A DNA stretch of 64,000 nucleotides from the human T2T-CHM13v2.0 reference genome, Homo sapiens. A model generated the notes under the pieces. That model ran no database searches and was not told the DNA's origin. It was given only the letters and a program-made list of their open reading frames with translations. The stretch is from assembly GCF_009914755.1 (NCBI RefSeq), contig NC_060947.1. One strand, written 5' to 3'. Each line of letters begins with the position of its first letter. Positions within the stretch are counted from its first letter, which is position 1. This document shows, piece after piece, positions 1 through 13,792 of the stretch. A program made the translations under genes and the position numbers.

Positions 1-1328
1 ACATTGAACTCAGTCCTGCCCTGTCACAGCAGAGAATAAAACCGTGCCAGGCTCAGCCAGCAATCATGCACGGAGGGAGCATTTGGACCAGCCCTAATCA
101 GAGGGGAATCACCCAGTCCAGTGGTGGAAACTTGAGTTTATCAGAAGCCTTGCAACTGCAGACTGAAGTGCTCTGGCGTCCTAGGTAAACCTTGAATGGC
201 AGACTAGGGCACAAAGACTACAATTCCTAGTGATAGGCTGGGCTTAGAGCCAGTGAACTAGGGTGGCACATGACCTAGGGAGACAACACCCAAGTATCTA
301 AAGGAGTGCTTATGCCCCTCCTCCCCCAACCACAGGGAGTGCAGCTTGTAGCAACGAAAGTGACTCCTTCCTTCTGCTTAAGGAGAGGAGAGCGAAGAGT
401 AAAAACGACTTTGTCTTGCATCTTGGATACCAGCTCAGCCACAGTAGGATAGGGCACTGGACAAAGTCATGAGGCACCCATTCCAGGTCCTAGCTCCTGA
501 ACGAAAATTCTAGACACACTGTGGGCCAAAAGAAAACCCACTGCCTTAAACAGAAGGATCCAGTACTGGCAGGATTAATCACCTGCTGACTAAAGAGCCC
601 TCAGGCCCTGAATAACCAGCAGTGATAACCAGGCAGTACTCCATGGGCCTTGAGCTCTGAGATGTGCTGGCTTCTGGGGGTGATTCAGCACATTTCCAGT
701 GTGGTGGCTACCGTGAAAGACTACTTCTGTTTGAGAAAAGCAGAGGGAAAAATAAAGGTGACTTTACCTTGCACCCTAGGTACTAACTCGGCCACAGTGG
801 GGTCAAGGAACAAGCAGGCTCCTGGGGACCCTGAGTCCAGGACTAGGCCTTAGACAGCATTTCTGAACTTGCCCTGGACAAGAGAGGAGTCCACTGCCAT
901 AAAGGGTGAATCCCAGGCTTGGCAGCATTCACCACAAGCTTATAGAAGAGCCCTTGGGGTCTAAGCAAATATCAGTGGTGGCCTGGCAGAACCCCCCATG
1001 GAGCAGTGGTGGTGGCCATGGGAAGAGGCTCCTCTGCTGGTGGAAAGGGGAAGAAAGAGCAGGAAGGACTTTGTATTGTGGCTTGAGTGCCAGCTTATTT
1101 GCAGTAGAATAGAACATCAGGAAAATTGCAAAGGTTTTTGACTCTGATCCCTGGCTCCCAGACAGCATCTCTGGACATACCTGGGGTCTGGGGGGAAGTC
1201 ATCAACTGAAAGGGAAGGGACTTGGGCAAGGCCCTGTGCTGTGGTGGCTTCAGGCCTGACCCAGTGCAGTCTCAGTGGTGGTGGCCACAGGAGTGCTTGC
1301 ATCACCACTCCCCAGTTCCAGGTGGCTC

Positions 1329-1330
<2 letters not shown>

Positions 1331-1362
<32 letters not shown>
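1331..1362 (+). repeat. (GA)16 microsatellite in the L1 5'UTR
   Basis: Directly visible. Confidence 0.95.
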
Positions 1363-1364
<2 letters not shown>

Positions 1365-2792
1365 TCCCTTTGTTTGGGAAAAAGTAAAGGAAAAAAGCAA
1401 GAGTCTCTGGCCAGTAATCCAGAGAATTCTTCCAGATCAAATTCAAGACCACCAAGGCAGTACCTCTATGAGTCTGCAAAAACTACAGTGCTCTAGGGCT
1501 TGGTGCCCAAGTCCCTTTGAATACCTGGAAAACCTTTCCAAGGAGGCCAGGCACAAACAATCCCAGACTGTGAAGACTACAATAAATACCTAGCTCTTTA
1601 ATACCCAGACACCAGTGAATATCTACAAGCATCAACACCATCCAGGAAAACATGACCTCACCAAATAAACTAAATAAGGAACCAGGAAACAATCTTGGAG
1701 AAACAGAGATATGTGACCTTTCGGACAGATAATTCAAATTAGCTGTTTTGAGGAAACTCAAAGAGATTCATGATAACGCAGAGAAGGAATTCAGAATTCT
1801 ATCAGATAAATTTAACAAAGAGGTTGAAATAATTATAAGAATCAAGGAGAAATTCTAGAGTTGAAAAATGCAATTGATATGCTGAAGAATGCATCAGAAT
1901 CTCTTAATAGCAGAATTGATCGAGCAGAAGAATTAGCAAGTTTTTCTGCTTACAAATGTATCTAAAAATTCAATAATAATAAAAAAGAATTAGTGAGCTT
2001 GAAGACAGGCTATTTGAAAACACACAGAGGAGACAAAAGAAAAAAGACTAAAAGACAATGAAGCATGCCTGCAAGATCTAGAAAATAGCATCAAAGGGGC
2101 AAATCTAAGAGTTATAGGCCTTAAGAAGGAGGTAGAGAAAGTAATAGGAATAGAAAGTTTACTCAACAGGACAATAACAGAGAACTTCCCAAACCTAGAA
2201 AGAGATATTAATATTTAAGTACAAAAAGGTTATAGAACACCAAGCAGATTTAACCCAAAGAAGACTACCTCAAGGCATTTAATTATCAAATTCCCAAACA
2301 TCAAGGATAAAGAAAGGATCCTAAAAGCAGCAAGAGAAAAGAAGCAAATAATGTACAATGAAGCTCCAATACATCTGGCAGCAGCCTTTTCAGTGGACAC
2401 CTCACAAACCAAGAGAGAGTGGCATGACATATTTAAAGTGCTGAAGGAAAGAAAAACTTTTACCTTAGAATAGTATATCTGGCAAAAATATCCCTTAAGC
2501 ATGAAGAAGGAATAAAGACTTTCCCATACAAACAAAATCTGAGAAATTTCATCAACACCAGACCTGTCCTACAATAAATCCTAAAGGGAGTAGCTCAATC
2601 TGAAAGAAAAGGATGTTCATGAGCAAGAAGAAATCATCTGAAGGTACATAACTTATTGGTAATACTAAGCACACAAAATAACACAAAATAGTATATACTA
2701 AGCACACAAAATAACACAAAATAGTATAACACTATAATTGTGGTGTGTAAACTACTCAACTTAAGTGGGAAGACTAAACAATGAACCAATCA

Positions 2793-3192
<400 letters not shown>

Positions 3193-3282
3193 TTAAAGTA
3201 TGGAGTTTTTATTAGTTTTCCTTTTGCATGTTTGTTTAGGCAATCAGTGGTAACTTGTCATCAGTTTAAAATAATGGGTTTT

Positions 3283-3371
3283 CAGGAGGCGGAGCTTGCA
3301 GTGAGCCGAGATCACACCACTGCACTCCAGCCTGGGCGACAGAGTGAGACTCTGTCTCAAAAAAAAAAAAA
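3283..3371 (+). mobile_element. Severely 5'-truncated AluY-like element (3' ~90 bp)
   Basis: ggaggcggagcttgcagtgagccgagatc...polyA; TSD aatgggtttt at 3273-3282 and 3370-3379. Confidence 0.88.
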
Positions 3372-3905
3372 TGGGTTTTAAGGTAGTGTTTGCAAGCTTC
3401 ACGGTAACGTCAAATTGAAAATCATACAATGGATACACAAAAAATAAAAAGCAAAAGAAATTAAAGCATACCATCAGAGGAAATCACCTTCACTAAAAGG
3501 AAAACAGTAAGGAAAGAAAGAAGGAAGAGAAAACAACAAAACAACCACAAAACAAATAACAAAATGGCAGGAGTAAGTCCTTATTTATCAATAATAACAT
3601 TGAATGAATGGAAATGAAATAAACTCTTGAATCAAAAGACATAGAGTGGCAAAATGGATGAAAAAACAAGATCCAATGGCCTGTTGCCTACAAGAAACAC
3701 ACTTAACCTATAAAGACACACATAGACTGAAAATAAAGGGATGTAAAAAGATATTCCATGCCAAAGAAAACCAAAAAGGTTCAGAAGTAGCTATACTTAT
3801 ATCAGACAAAATAGATTTCAAGACAAGAATTGTAAGATGAAACAAAGAAGAAAATTATGTAATGATAAAGGGGTTGATTCAGCAAGATGATATAATGATG
3901 GTGTA

Positions 3906-4861
3906 AATATATAATATATATTATATTATATATATTACATATAATTTATATATTATAATATATATTATATATAATTTATATATTATATTATATATTATAT
4001 ATAATTTATATATTATATTATATATTATATATAATTTATATATTATATTATATATTATATATAATTTATATATTATATTATATATTATATATAATTATAT
4101 ATGTATATTATATATATAATTATATATGTATATTATATATATAATTATATATGTATATTATATATTATATATAATTATATATGTATATTATATATTATAT
4201 AATTATATATGTAATTATATATTATATATAATTATATATGTATATTATATATTATATATAATTATATATGTATATTATATATATTATATATTATTATATA
4301 TTATATATAATTATATATGTATATTATATATATTATATATAATTATATATGTATATTATATATATTATATATATAATTATATATGTATATTATATATATT
4401 ATATATAATTATATATGTATATTATATATCTTATACATATAATTATATGTATAATATATATATAATATATATAATTATATGTATATTATATATATTATAT
4501 ATATAATTATATATGTATATTATATATATTATATATATAATTATATATGTATATTATATATATTATATATATAATTATATATGTATATTATATATATTAT
4601 ATATATAATTATATATGTAATTATATATATTATATATATATAATTATATATGTAATTATATATATTATATATATATAATTATATATGTAATTATATATAT
4701 TATATATATATAATTATATATGTAATTATATATATTATATATATATAATTACATATGTAATTATATATTATATATATATTATATATTATATATATAATTA
4801 TATATGTATATTATATATCTTATATATATAATTATATATGTATATTATATAATTACATATA
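3906..4861. repeat. AT-rich minisatellite array
   Basis: Four perfect copies of the 30-mer tatattatatataatttatatattatatta at 3961-4080, then variant units containing atgta; almost entirely A/T. Confidence 0.95.
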
Positions 4862-4911
4862 TACACCATCATTATATCATCTTGTTGATATCATCCGGAC
4901 CAACACAGGAG

Positions 4912-5017
4912 ATATATATATATATACATACATATATATATATATATATATACACATACATATATATATATACATACATATATATATATATATACATACA
5001 TATATATATATATACAC

Positions 5018-5048
<31 letters not shown>

Positions 5049-5074
5049 CACATACATATATATATACATACATA

Positions 5075-5120
<46 letters not shown>

Positions 5121-5121
5121 T
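4912..5121. repeat. (TA)n/(TACA)n microsatellite
   Basis: Directly visible; L1 ORF2 resumes immediately after it. Confidence 0.95.
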
Positions 5122-6980
5122 ATCCAACCCTGGAACACACAGCTGTGTAAAGCAAATATTATTAGAGCTAAGGAGACAGGCCTCAATACAAAAATAGCTG
5201 GACACTTCAACACCCTACTTTCAGCATTGGACAGATCTTCCAGACAGATAATCAACAAAGAAACACCAGAAAATCTGCACTGTGCAACAAATGGGCCTAA
5301 TAGATATTTACAGAACATTTCATCCATGGCTGCAGAATAGACATTCTTTTCCTCAACACAAGGTTCATGTTCAAGGATAGACCATATGTTAAGTCACAAA
5401 ACAAGTCTTAACATATTCAAAAAATTGAAATAACATCAAGCATCTTCTCTGACCACAATGGAATAAAACTAGAAATCAGTAACGAGGGATTTTGGAAACT
5501 ATACAAATACATGGAAATTAAACAATATGCTCCTGAGTGACCAGTGGGTCAATAAAGAAATTAAGAAGAATATCGAAAAATTTATTGAAACAAATGACAA
5601 CAGAAAGACAACATACTAAAACCTATGGGATACAGCAAAAGCCATACTAAGAGGGAAATGTATAGCTGTAAGCACCTACATCAAAAAAGAAAAACTTCTA
5701 ATAAATAACCTAATAATGCATCTTAAAGAACTAGAAAAGCAAGAGCAAGCCAAACCCAAAATTAGTAGAAGAAAAGAAATAATAAAGATCAGAGCAGAAA
5801 TAAATGAATTTGAAAGGAATAAAACAATACAAAAGCTCAATGAAACAAAAGTTGTTTTTTTGAAAAGATAAAAAAAATTGGCAAATTTTAGCCATACTTA
5901 GAAAAAAATAGAGAAGACCAAAAAAAATGAAATCAGAGATGAAAAAGGAGACATTGAAACAGATACTGCAGAAATTCAAGGGATTATTAGTGGCTGCTAT
6001 GGGTAACTACATGCCAATAAATTGGAAAATCTAAAAGAAATGGACAAATTCCTGCACACATACAACCTACCAAGATTGAACCAGGAAGAAATCCCAAACC
6101 TGAACAAACCAATAACAAGTAACAAGATCAAAGCAGAAATAAAACATCTCCCAGTAAAGAAAAGCCCAGGACCTGTCAGCTTCACTGCTGAATTCTACCA
6201 AACATTTAAAGAAGAACTAATACCAATCCTACTCAAACCATTCCAAGAAATAGAGGAAGAGGGAATAGTACCAAACTCATCCTATGAGGCCAGTATTACC
6301 CTGATACCAAAACCAAAGACACATCATAAAAGGAACACTGCAGGCCAATATCACTCATGAATATTGATGCAAAGATCCTCAAGAAAATCGTAGCAAATTG
6401 AATTCAACAATAAATTAAAAAGATCATTCATCATGACCAAATGGGATTTATCCCTGGAATTCAAGGATGGTTCAACATAGGCAAATCAATCAACGTGATA
6501 CATCATATCAACAAAATGAAGAGGAAAAACCATACGATCATTTCAATTGATGCTGAAAAGCATTTGATAAAATTTAACATTTCTTCATGATAAAATTCCT
6601 CAGAAAACTGGGAATCGAAAGAACATACCTCAACATAATAAAAGCCATGTATGACAGACTAACATATGACACCTAATATCTTACTGAATGGGGAGAAATG
6701 GAAAGCCTTTCCTGTAAGGTCTGGAAAATGACAAGGATGCCCACTTTCACCACGGTTACTCAACATGGTACTGGAAGTCTTAGCTAGAGCAATCAATCAA
6801 GACAAGGAATGAAAGGGCATCTGAATTGGAAAGGAAGAAGTCAAATGATCTGTTTGCAGATGATATGATCTTATATTTGGAAAAACTGAAAGACTCAACA
6901 AGAAAACTATTAAAACTGATAAACAAACTTAGCAAAGTTGCAATATACAAAATCAACATGCAGAAATCAGTAGCATTTCT

Positions 6981-7324
6981 TTTCTTTTCTTTTCTTTCTT
7001 CTTTCTTTCTCTATTTCTTTCTTTCCTTTTTTTTTTTTTTTTTGAGACAGAGTATTGCTCTGTCACCCAGGCTTGAGTACAGTGGCATGATCATGGCTCA
7101 TTGCAACCTCTGCCTCCCAGGTTAAAGAGATTCTCATGCCTCGGCCTCCCAATAGCTGGGACTACAGGCTTGGGCCACCACACCCAGCTAATTTTTGTAT
7201 TTTTAGTAGAGACCAGGTTTCGCCGTGTTGGTCAAGCTGGTCTGGAACTCCTGGCCTCAAAAGACCCGCCTGTCTCAGCCTCCCAAACTGCTGCGATTAC
7301 AGGCATGAGCCACCAGGCTTGGCT
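6981..7324 (-). mobile_element. Alu (AluJ or old AluS) inserted in L1 ORF2
   Basis: Reverse Alu with a T/CT tail; flanking duplication tcagtagcatttct on both sides. Confidence 0.92.
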
Positions 7325-9310
7325 TAAAATTCAGTAGCATTTCTATATGACAACAGTGAACAACCTGAAAAGAAATTTAAAAAATTAATCCCATTTACAA
7401 TAGCCACAATAAAATAAAATATCTAGGAATAACTTAACCAAAGAAGTAAAATATCTCTACAATGAAAACTATAAAACACAAATGAAAGAAACTGAAGAGG
7501 TCACCCAAAAATGGAAAGATATTCTATGTTCGTGGATTGGAAGAATCAATATTGTTAAAATGTCCCTACTACCCAAAGCAATCTACAGATTCAATGCAAT
7601 CCCTTTTAAAATGCCAATGATATTCTTCACAGACATGCAAAAAACAATCACAAAATTTATATGGAACCACAAAAGACCCAGATAGCCAAAGCTATCTTGA
7701 GCAAGAAGAACAGAATTGGAGGAACCTGACTTCAAATTATACTACAGAGTTATAAGTAACCCAAACAGCATAGTACTGGCGTTAAAAAAGACACATAGGC
7801 CAATGGAACAGAATAAAGAACCCAGAAATAAATCCACACACCTACAGTGAACTCGTTTTTGACAAAGGTCCCAAGAACATACATTGGGGAAAAGACAATC
7901 TCTTCAATAAATGGTGCTGGGAAAACTGGATATCCATTTGCAGAAGAATGAAATTAGAGTCCCACCTCTCACCACATACAAAAATCAAATCAAAATGGAT
8001 TAAAGACCTCAAAACATAAAACTACTAGAGGAAAACGTTGGAGAAACTCTTCACAACATTGGTCTGGACAAGAATTTGTTGAGTAATACCCCATAAGCAC
8101 AGGCAATCAAAGTAAAAATGGAAAAATGGGGTCACATCAAGTTAAAAAGCTTCTGCACAGCAAAGGAAACCATCAACAAAGTGAAGAGACAGCCCACAGA
8201 ATGGGAGAAAATATCTGCAAACTATGTATCTGATAAAGGATTAATAATCAGAATATAGACGTGTTCAAACAACTCTATAGGAAAAAACCCAATAATACGA
8301 TTAAAAACTGGACAAAAGGTTTGGATAGACATTTTTCAAAAGAAGACCTACAAATGGCAAACAGACATATATAAAGGTGCTCTACATCATTGATCATTAA
8401 GGAAATGCAAATTAAAACTACAACAAGATATCATCATCAATCAGATGTTTCATCATCACCTCAGTTGAAATGGCTTTTATCCAAAAGACAGGCAATAACA
8501 AATGCTGACAAGGATGTGAGAAGAATGAACCCTTGTACACTGTTGGCAGGAATGTAAATTAGTAAAACCACTATGGAGAAGTTTGGAGGTTCCTCAAAAA
8601 ACTGAAAAGAGAACTACCGTACGATCCAGCAATCCCATTGCTGGGTATATGCCCAATAGAAAGGAAATGAGTATATTGAAGGATATCTGCCCTCCCATAT
8701 TTGTTGCAGCAGTGTTCACGATAGCCAACATTTGGAAGCAACCTAAGTGTTCACCAACAGATGAAGAAAGGAAATGTGCTACTTATACACAATGGAGTAC
8801 CATTCAGCCATAAAAATGAATGACATCTAGACATTTGCAACAACATTGATGGAACTGTAGGTTATTACGCTAAGTGAAATAAGCCAGGCACAGAAAGAGA
8901 AACATTGCATGTCCTCACTTATTTGTGAGATCTAAAAATCAAAACAATTGAACTCATGGACATAGAGAACAGAGGGATGGTTACCAGAGGCTGGGGAGAG
9001 TAGTCGGGGGTTTTGGGGGAGGTGGGAATGGTTAATGGGTAAAAAAAAAAATAGTTAAAAAGAATGAATAAGACCTAGTATTTGATAGCACAGCAGGTGA
9101 CTATAGTCAATAATTTAATTGTACATTTTAAAATAACTATGACTATAATTGGATTGTGTGTAACACAAAGGATAAATGCTTGAGGTGATGGATACACCAT
9201 TTTCATGGTGTGATTGTTACACATTGCATGTCCGTACCAAAATATCTCAAATACACCATAAATATATACACCCACTATCCACCCACAAAAATTAAAAATA
9301 AAAAAATTTT

Positions 9311-10444
9311 AAAAAGAAATAAAAGAGTAACACCAAATTTACACAAATCCAGCTTTCCTCGATCTCTTGCTTATAAATAGCTGATTGTAGAATTTCTCAA
9401 CCTCCATAATTGTGTGAGACAATTCCTTATAATAAATCTCATTATATATCCCAGTGCTTGTGTTTCTTTGGAGAACCTGGACTAATACATATGCCAAGAA
9501 ATTAGATAAATTTCTAGAAACACATAAGCTACCGAAAATGAGTCAAAAAGAAGTAGAAAATTTGAATAGACTTAGAACAAGCATAGATATTGTGTCAGTA
9601 ATAAAAAAAATCAAATTCTTAACTCATTGTAGGAGGCCAGTATTATCTCTATAACAAAGTCAGACAAGAGCAATCACCAGAAAAGTACTTCAGACCAATA
9701 TTCTTTGAATATTGATGCAAAAATACTCGATAAAATTTTTAGCCAACTGAATACAACAGCATGTTAAAAGCACTATATGCCAAAATGAATTAAGAAGCAT
9801 ATAAAAAGAAATAAACAGCAAGACCAAGTGCAGTTTATACCAGAAACGCAAGGCTGATTCAACATATAAGCATGAATCAACACAATACACCATATTAATA
9901 GAATAAGGGATAAAACCCACATGACCATCTCAATAGACACTGAAAAAGCATTTGATTAAATCCAACAGCCATTAATGATACAAACCCTCAACAAACTAGG
10001 AATAGAAGATAAGTTTGCCAGCCAGATACGAGTGTCTGAAAACAAAACAAAACAAAACAAAAAACACATAGGTAACATGATACCTAATAGTAAAAGCCTG
10101 AGTGCTTACCCCCATGTTCAGGAACTAGATGAGGTTGTCCACTTTCATCACTCCTGTTCAACTTCTATTCAACATTGTAATGGAGATTTCCTAGGCAAGA
10201 AAAAGAACTAAATAGTATCCAGATTAGAAAGAAAGAGGTAAAGCTATCTCTATTTGCAGATGGCATAATCTTACACAGAAAATTGATAAAGGATACACAC
10301 ACACACACACACCCCCACACACACCCCTATAATAGCTAACAACTAAGTTCAGCAAAGTTGCAAATACTAAATCAATATAAAAATTAGTTGTATTTCTATA
10401 CACTAGCAATGAACAATCAAAATGAAATTTAGCAAACAATTCCA
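9311..10444 (+). mobile_element. Old L1M ORF2 fragment (host element; resumes at ~21972)
   Basis: Degenerate ORF2 (KLDKFLETHKLP; ctctatttgcagatggcataatc); breaks at aacaattcca and continues at ~21972. Confidence 0.7.
9349..9489 (+). mobile_element. MLT2 (ERVL) LTR 3' fragment
   Basis: ctccataattgtgtgagacaattcc...aataaatc...ggagaacctggactaataca terminus. Confidence 0.75.
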
Positions 10445-11595
10445 GAGGAAGTGACATTAGGAAGAGAGTGGAAAAGGAAGCCCTGGACTGTCCTTTCTTG
10501 CACAGAGACATCAATTCAACAACAATTCTTTATGAGAAATACAGAAACCATTTAAGAAGCTCCTGCAACCCACGTGAGCATGACATCAGCTGCATCAAAG
10601 TCAGTTAGAAAGTCTGGGGCACTAGCTCACCCTGTTCCTTCCCCTGGCTCAGCATGGAATAATCAGAAGAGAACTCCCAGCTTCTGGCTTCTCTATGGAG
10701 GGGAAAACAGAAGGCTGAATCATATATCCAATGTTCAGACAAAGGTGATGGTTAACATTAGCATGCACCCCCTCACCATGTTCTCTCTCCCTGGTGCAGA
10801 GTGGAACCAGTGGGAGAAAACTTCCAATTCCTGGCTTCTCCATGGAAAGGTAAAGAGTTGGTGGGTGTGTCAAACATTCCAGCTTTTTCAGGGGCTGTAT
10901 GAGGAACTGGTTTCTATCTTGCCTGTCTCAGAATGTTGACTGAATGCAAAATATTCTAGACACCTGGGGGCATCTGAGAACAAAAGAGAGGAGGGTGTCT
11001 GGCTGCTGCTCTAAAGGACCCATGGTACAGCAGACAGAGGCTGATTCAACTCAGTGGCCTTTCCTTCATGGGTAAATGGAAGAGCAAGTGGAGTGATGCA
11101 TGTGTTTAATGTTCAAGATTTTCAGGAGGCTGCCTGAGGGACTGTTTACTGTCTCACCAACTCAAAGCACTGACATAATCCAGCATACATTTTTCTAGAA
11201 ATGTGGGGACCACTGAGAACAAAAAAGAATTGGATGCTTTGTGGCAGCTCCAGAGAATCTGCAGTACCACACACAGACGCTAGGGGAAGCAAAAGATTAT
11301 GAGCCCCTAAAAATAAACCAGAATATTCCTCAGGTTGGTAATTTACATACAAAAATTCAGAGAAGATATATCCACAGAAAATATTTGAGAGACCCCCAGA
11401 GTCTCTAGCCAGATTGATTGATAAAGGTCTTTTTCCATACAAAGCCAGAGTGTAAAGACCAGTAGAGATAGCTATTTTTTTCAAATGCACAGAAAACAGC
11501 ACCAATTTATAAGCCACACAACAAAAGAGGGTAATATAACCCAATTAAAGGAACAAAATAAATCTCCAGAAACCAACTCTAAAGAAATTAAGATA

Positions 11596-12048
11596 GCTTC
11601 CTTTCCAACTTAGACCCAGCAGAATGGCTCCCGCAAAGAAGGATGACAAGAAGAAAAAGGGCCGTTCTGCCATCAACAAGATGGTGACCCGAGGGTACAC
11701 CATCAACATTCACAAGCGCATCCATGCAGTGGGCTTCAAGAAGCGTGCCCCTCGGGCACTCAAAGAGATTCGGAAATTTGCCATGAAGGAGATGGGAACT
11801 CCAGATGTGCGCATTGACACCAGGTTCAACAAAGCTGTCTGGGCCAAAGGAATAAGGAATGTCCCATACCCTACCCATGTGCGGTTGTCTAGAAAATGTA
11901 ATGAGGATGAAGATTCACCAAACAAGCTCTATACTTTGGTTACCTATGTACCTGTTACCACTTTCGAAAATCTACAGACAGTCAATGTGGATGAGAACTA
12001 CATCACTGATCATCAAAAACATCAAATAAAGTTATAAAATTGAAAAAA
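11596..12048 (+). pseudogene. RPL31P: RPL31 processed pseudogene (retrocopy), open frame 11624-12037
   Basis: Translation matches RPL31 ([36 protein letters not shown]); intronless; 5'TOP cttcctttcc; AATAAA at 12025-12030; short A tract; TSD aaattaagata at 11585-11595 and 12051-12061. Confidence 0.96.
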
Positions 12049-12338
12049 GTAAATTAAGATAAATGAACAACCTGACCAAGAATTCAAAATAGCTGTTACA
12101 AAGGTGCTCAGTGAACTCAGGAAAACTATGCATAAACAAAATGAAAATATCACCAAAAAATAGAACATATAAAAAAAGAATAAAACAGATTTTTTTTGCT
12201 GCTGAATAATATAATAACTGAATTGAAAAATTCACTAAAGAATTTCAACAGGAGACTTGACCAAGCAGAAGAATCAATGGACTCACAGACAAGCCCCTTG
12301 AAATTATCCAGTCAGAGGAAGAAAGGAAAAAAAAAGAG

Positions 12339-12660
12339 ACCAAGAATAGTGGCTCACACCTGTAATCCCAGTACTTTGGGAGGCTGAGGCAGGAGGATCA
12401 CTTGGGTTCAGGAGTTTGAGACCAGCCTGGGCAAGATGGTAAAACCCTGTACAAAAATTTTGTACTTTTTGTACAAAATGAAAATTAGCAGAGTTTGGTG
12501 GCACATGCCTGTAGTGCCAGCTACTTGGGGGACTGAAGCAGGAGGATTGCTTGAGCCCAGGAGATTGAGGCTGAAGTGAGCCATGTTCACACCACTGCAC
12601 TCCAGCCTGGGTGACAATGTGAGACCCTGTCTCAAGAAAAAAAGAAAAAGAAAAAAGAAA
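12339..12660 (+). mobile_element. AluJ-type element
   Basis: ggaggatcacttgggttcaggag and ggaggattgcttgagcccagg are AluJ-like; A-rich tail. Confidence 0.9.
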
Positions 12661-13654
12661 AAGAGTGAAGAACAAAGCCTAAGAGACTTACGAGACACCA
12701 TCAAGCAGACCAATATACACAATAGGAATTGCAGAAGGAGAAGAGAGAGAAAGGTGGAGAAAGCCTGTTTGAAGATATAACAGACAAAAACTTCCAAAAC
12801 TTGGGAAAGATAATGGACATCCATAGTCAAGGATCCCAAAGGACTCCAAATAGGATGAAACCAATGGAGTCCACAAGACAAATTGTGATTGAATTGTGAA
12901 AAGTCAAAGATAAGAGAGTTTTCCAAGCAGCAGGTGCAAAGTGACTCATCATATACAAGGGAGTCCTCGTGAAACCATCAGTAAATTTTTCAGCATAAAC
13001 CTAGTAGGCCAGAAGAAAGTGGGATATATTTTCAAAGTGCTGAGAGAAAAATACTGCCAACAAAATACATGTGGCATAGCTGTCTTTCAAAAATGAAGGG
13101 GAAGGAAAGACTTTCCCAGATAAACAAAAGATGGAGGGAGCTCATTACAACTAGATTTGCCTTAGAAGAAATGCTAAAGGGAATCCTTAAAGGTGAAATG
13201 AAAGGATGGTAAATAGCAAGGTGAAACCGTATGAAAGTATAAAGCTCTCTGTTAAAGGTAAATATTTAGACAAATACATATTGCTGTGATATTGCTATGG
13301 TGATGCAGAAATCACTTTTAGTTCTGGTATAGATGTTAAAAGATAAAAGTATAAGAATTAACTACAAAATATAAAAAGATGTAATTTGTGACATTAATAT
13401 CAGAAAGTGTGGGGGGATAAGTAAAAAGGTACAGCTTTTATATGTGACTGAATTTAAGATATTATCAGTTTAAAATATATTGTTATAACTATAAGATATC
13501 TTAGGTAAGTCCCATGGTAACCACAAAAAAAGTAACTATAGAAGATATAGAAAAGAAAATGAGAAAAGAATCAAAGCATGTACTACAAAAAGTCAACAAA
13601 ACACAAAAGAAGAGAGAAAGAGAAGAAACGAGGCTCAAAACTCTCCATAAGACA

Positions 13655-13792
13655 GACCAGGCACAGCAGTCATGCCTGTAATCCCTGCACTTTTTGGGAG
13701 GCTGAGGCAGGAGGATCACTTGAGGCCAGGAGTTTCAGATCAGCCCAAACAACACAGCAAGACCCCATCTTTTAAAAAGTTAAAAAAAAAAA
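13655..13792 (+). mobile_element. Alu left monomer (FLAM-like)
   Basis: Single monomer ending in an A tract; flanked by ataagaca/ataggaca. Confidence 0.8.

Noticed and set aside
4126-5340. Long Y/I-rich ORFs on both strands
   Set aside because: Translations of TA microsatellite; no coding signal.
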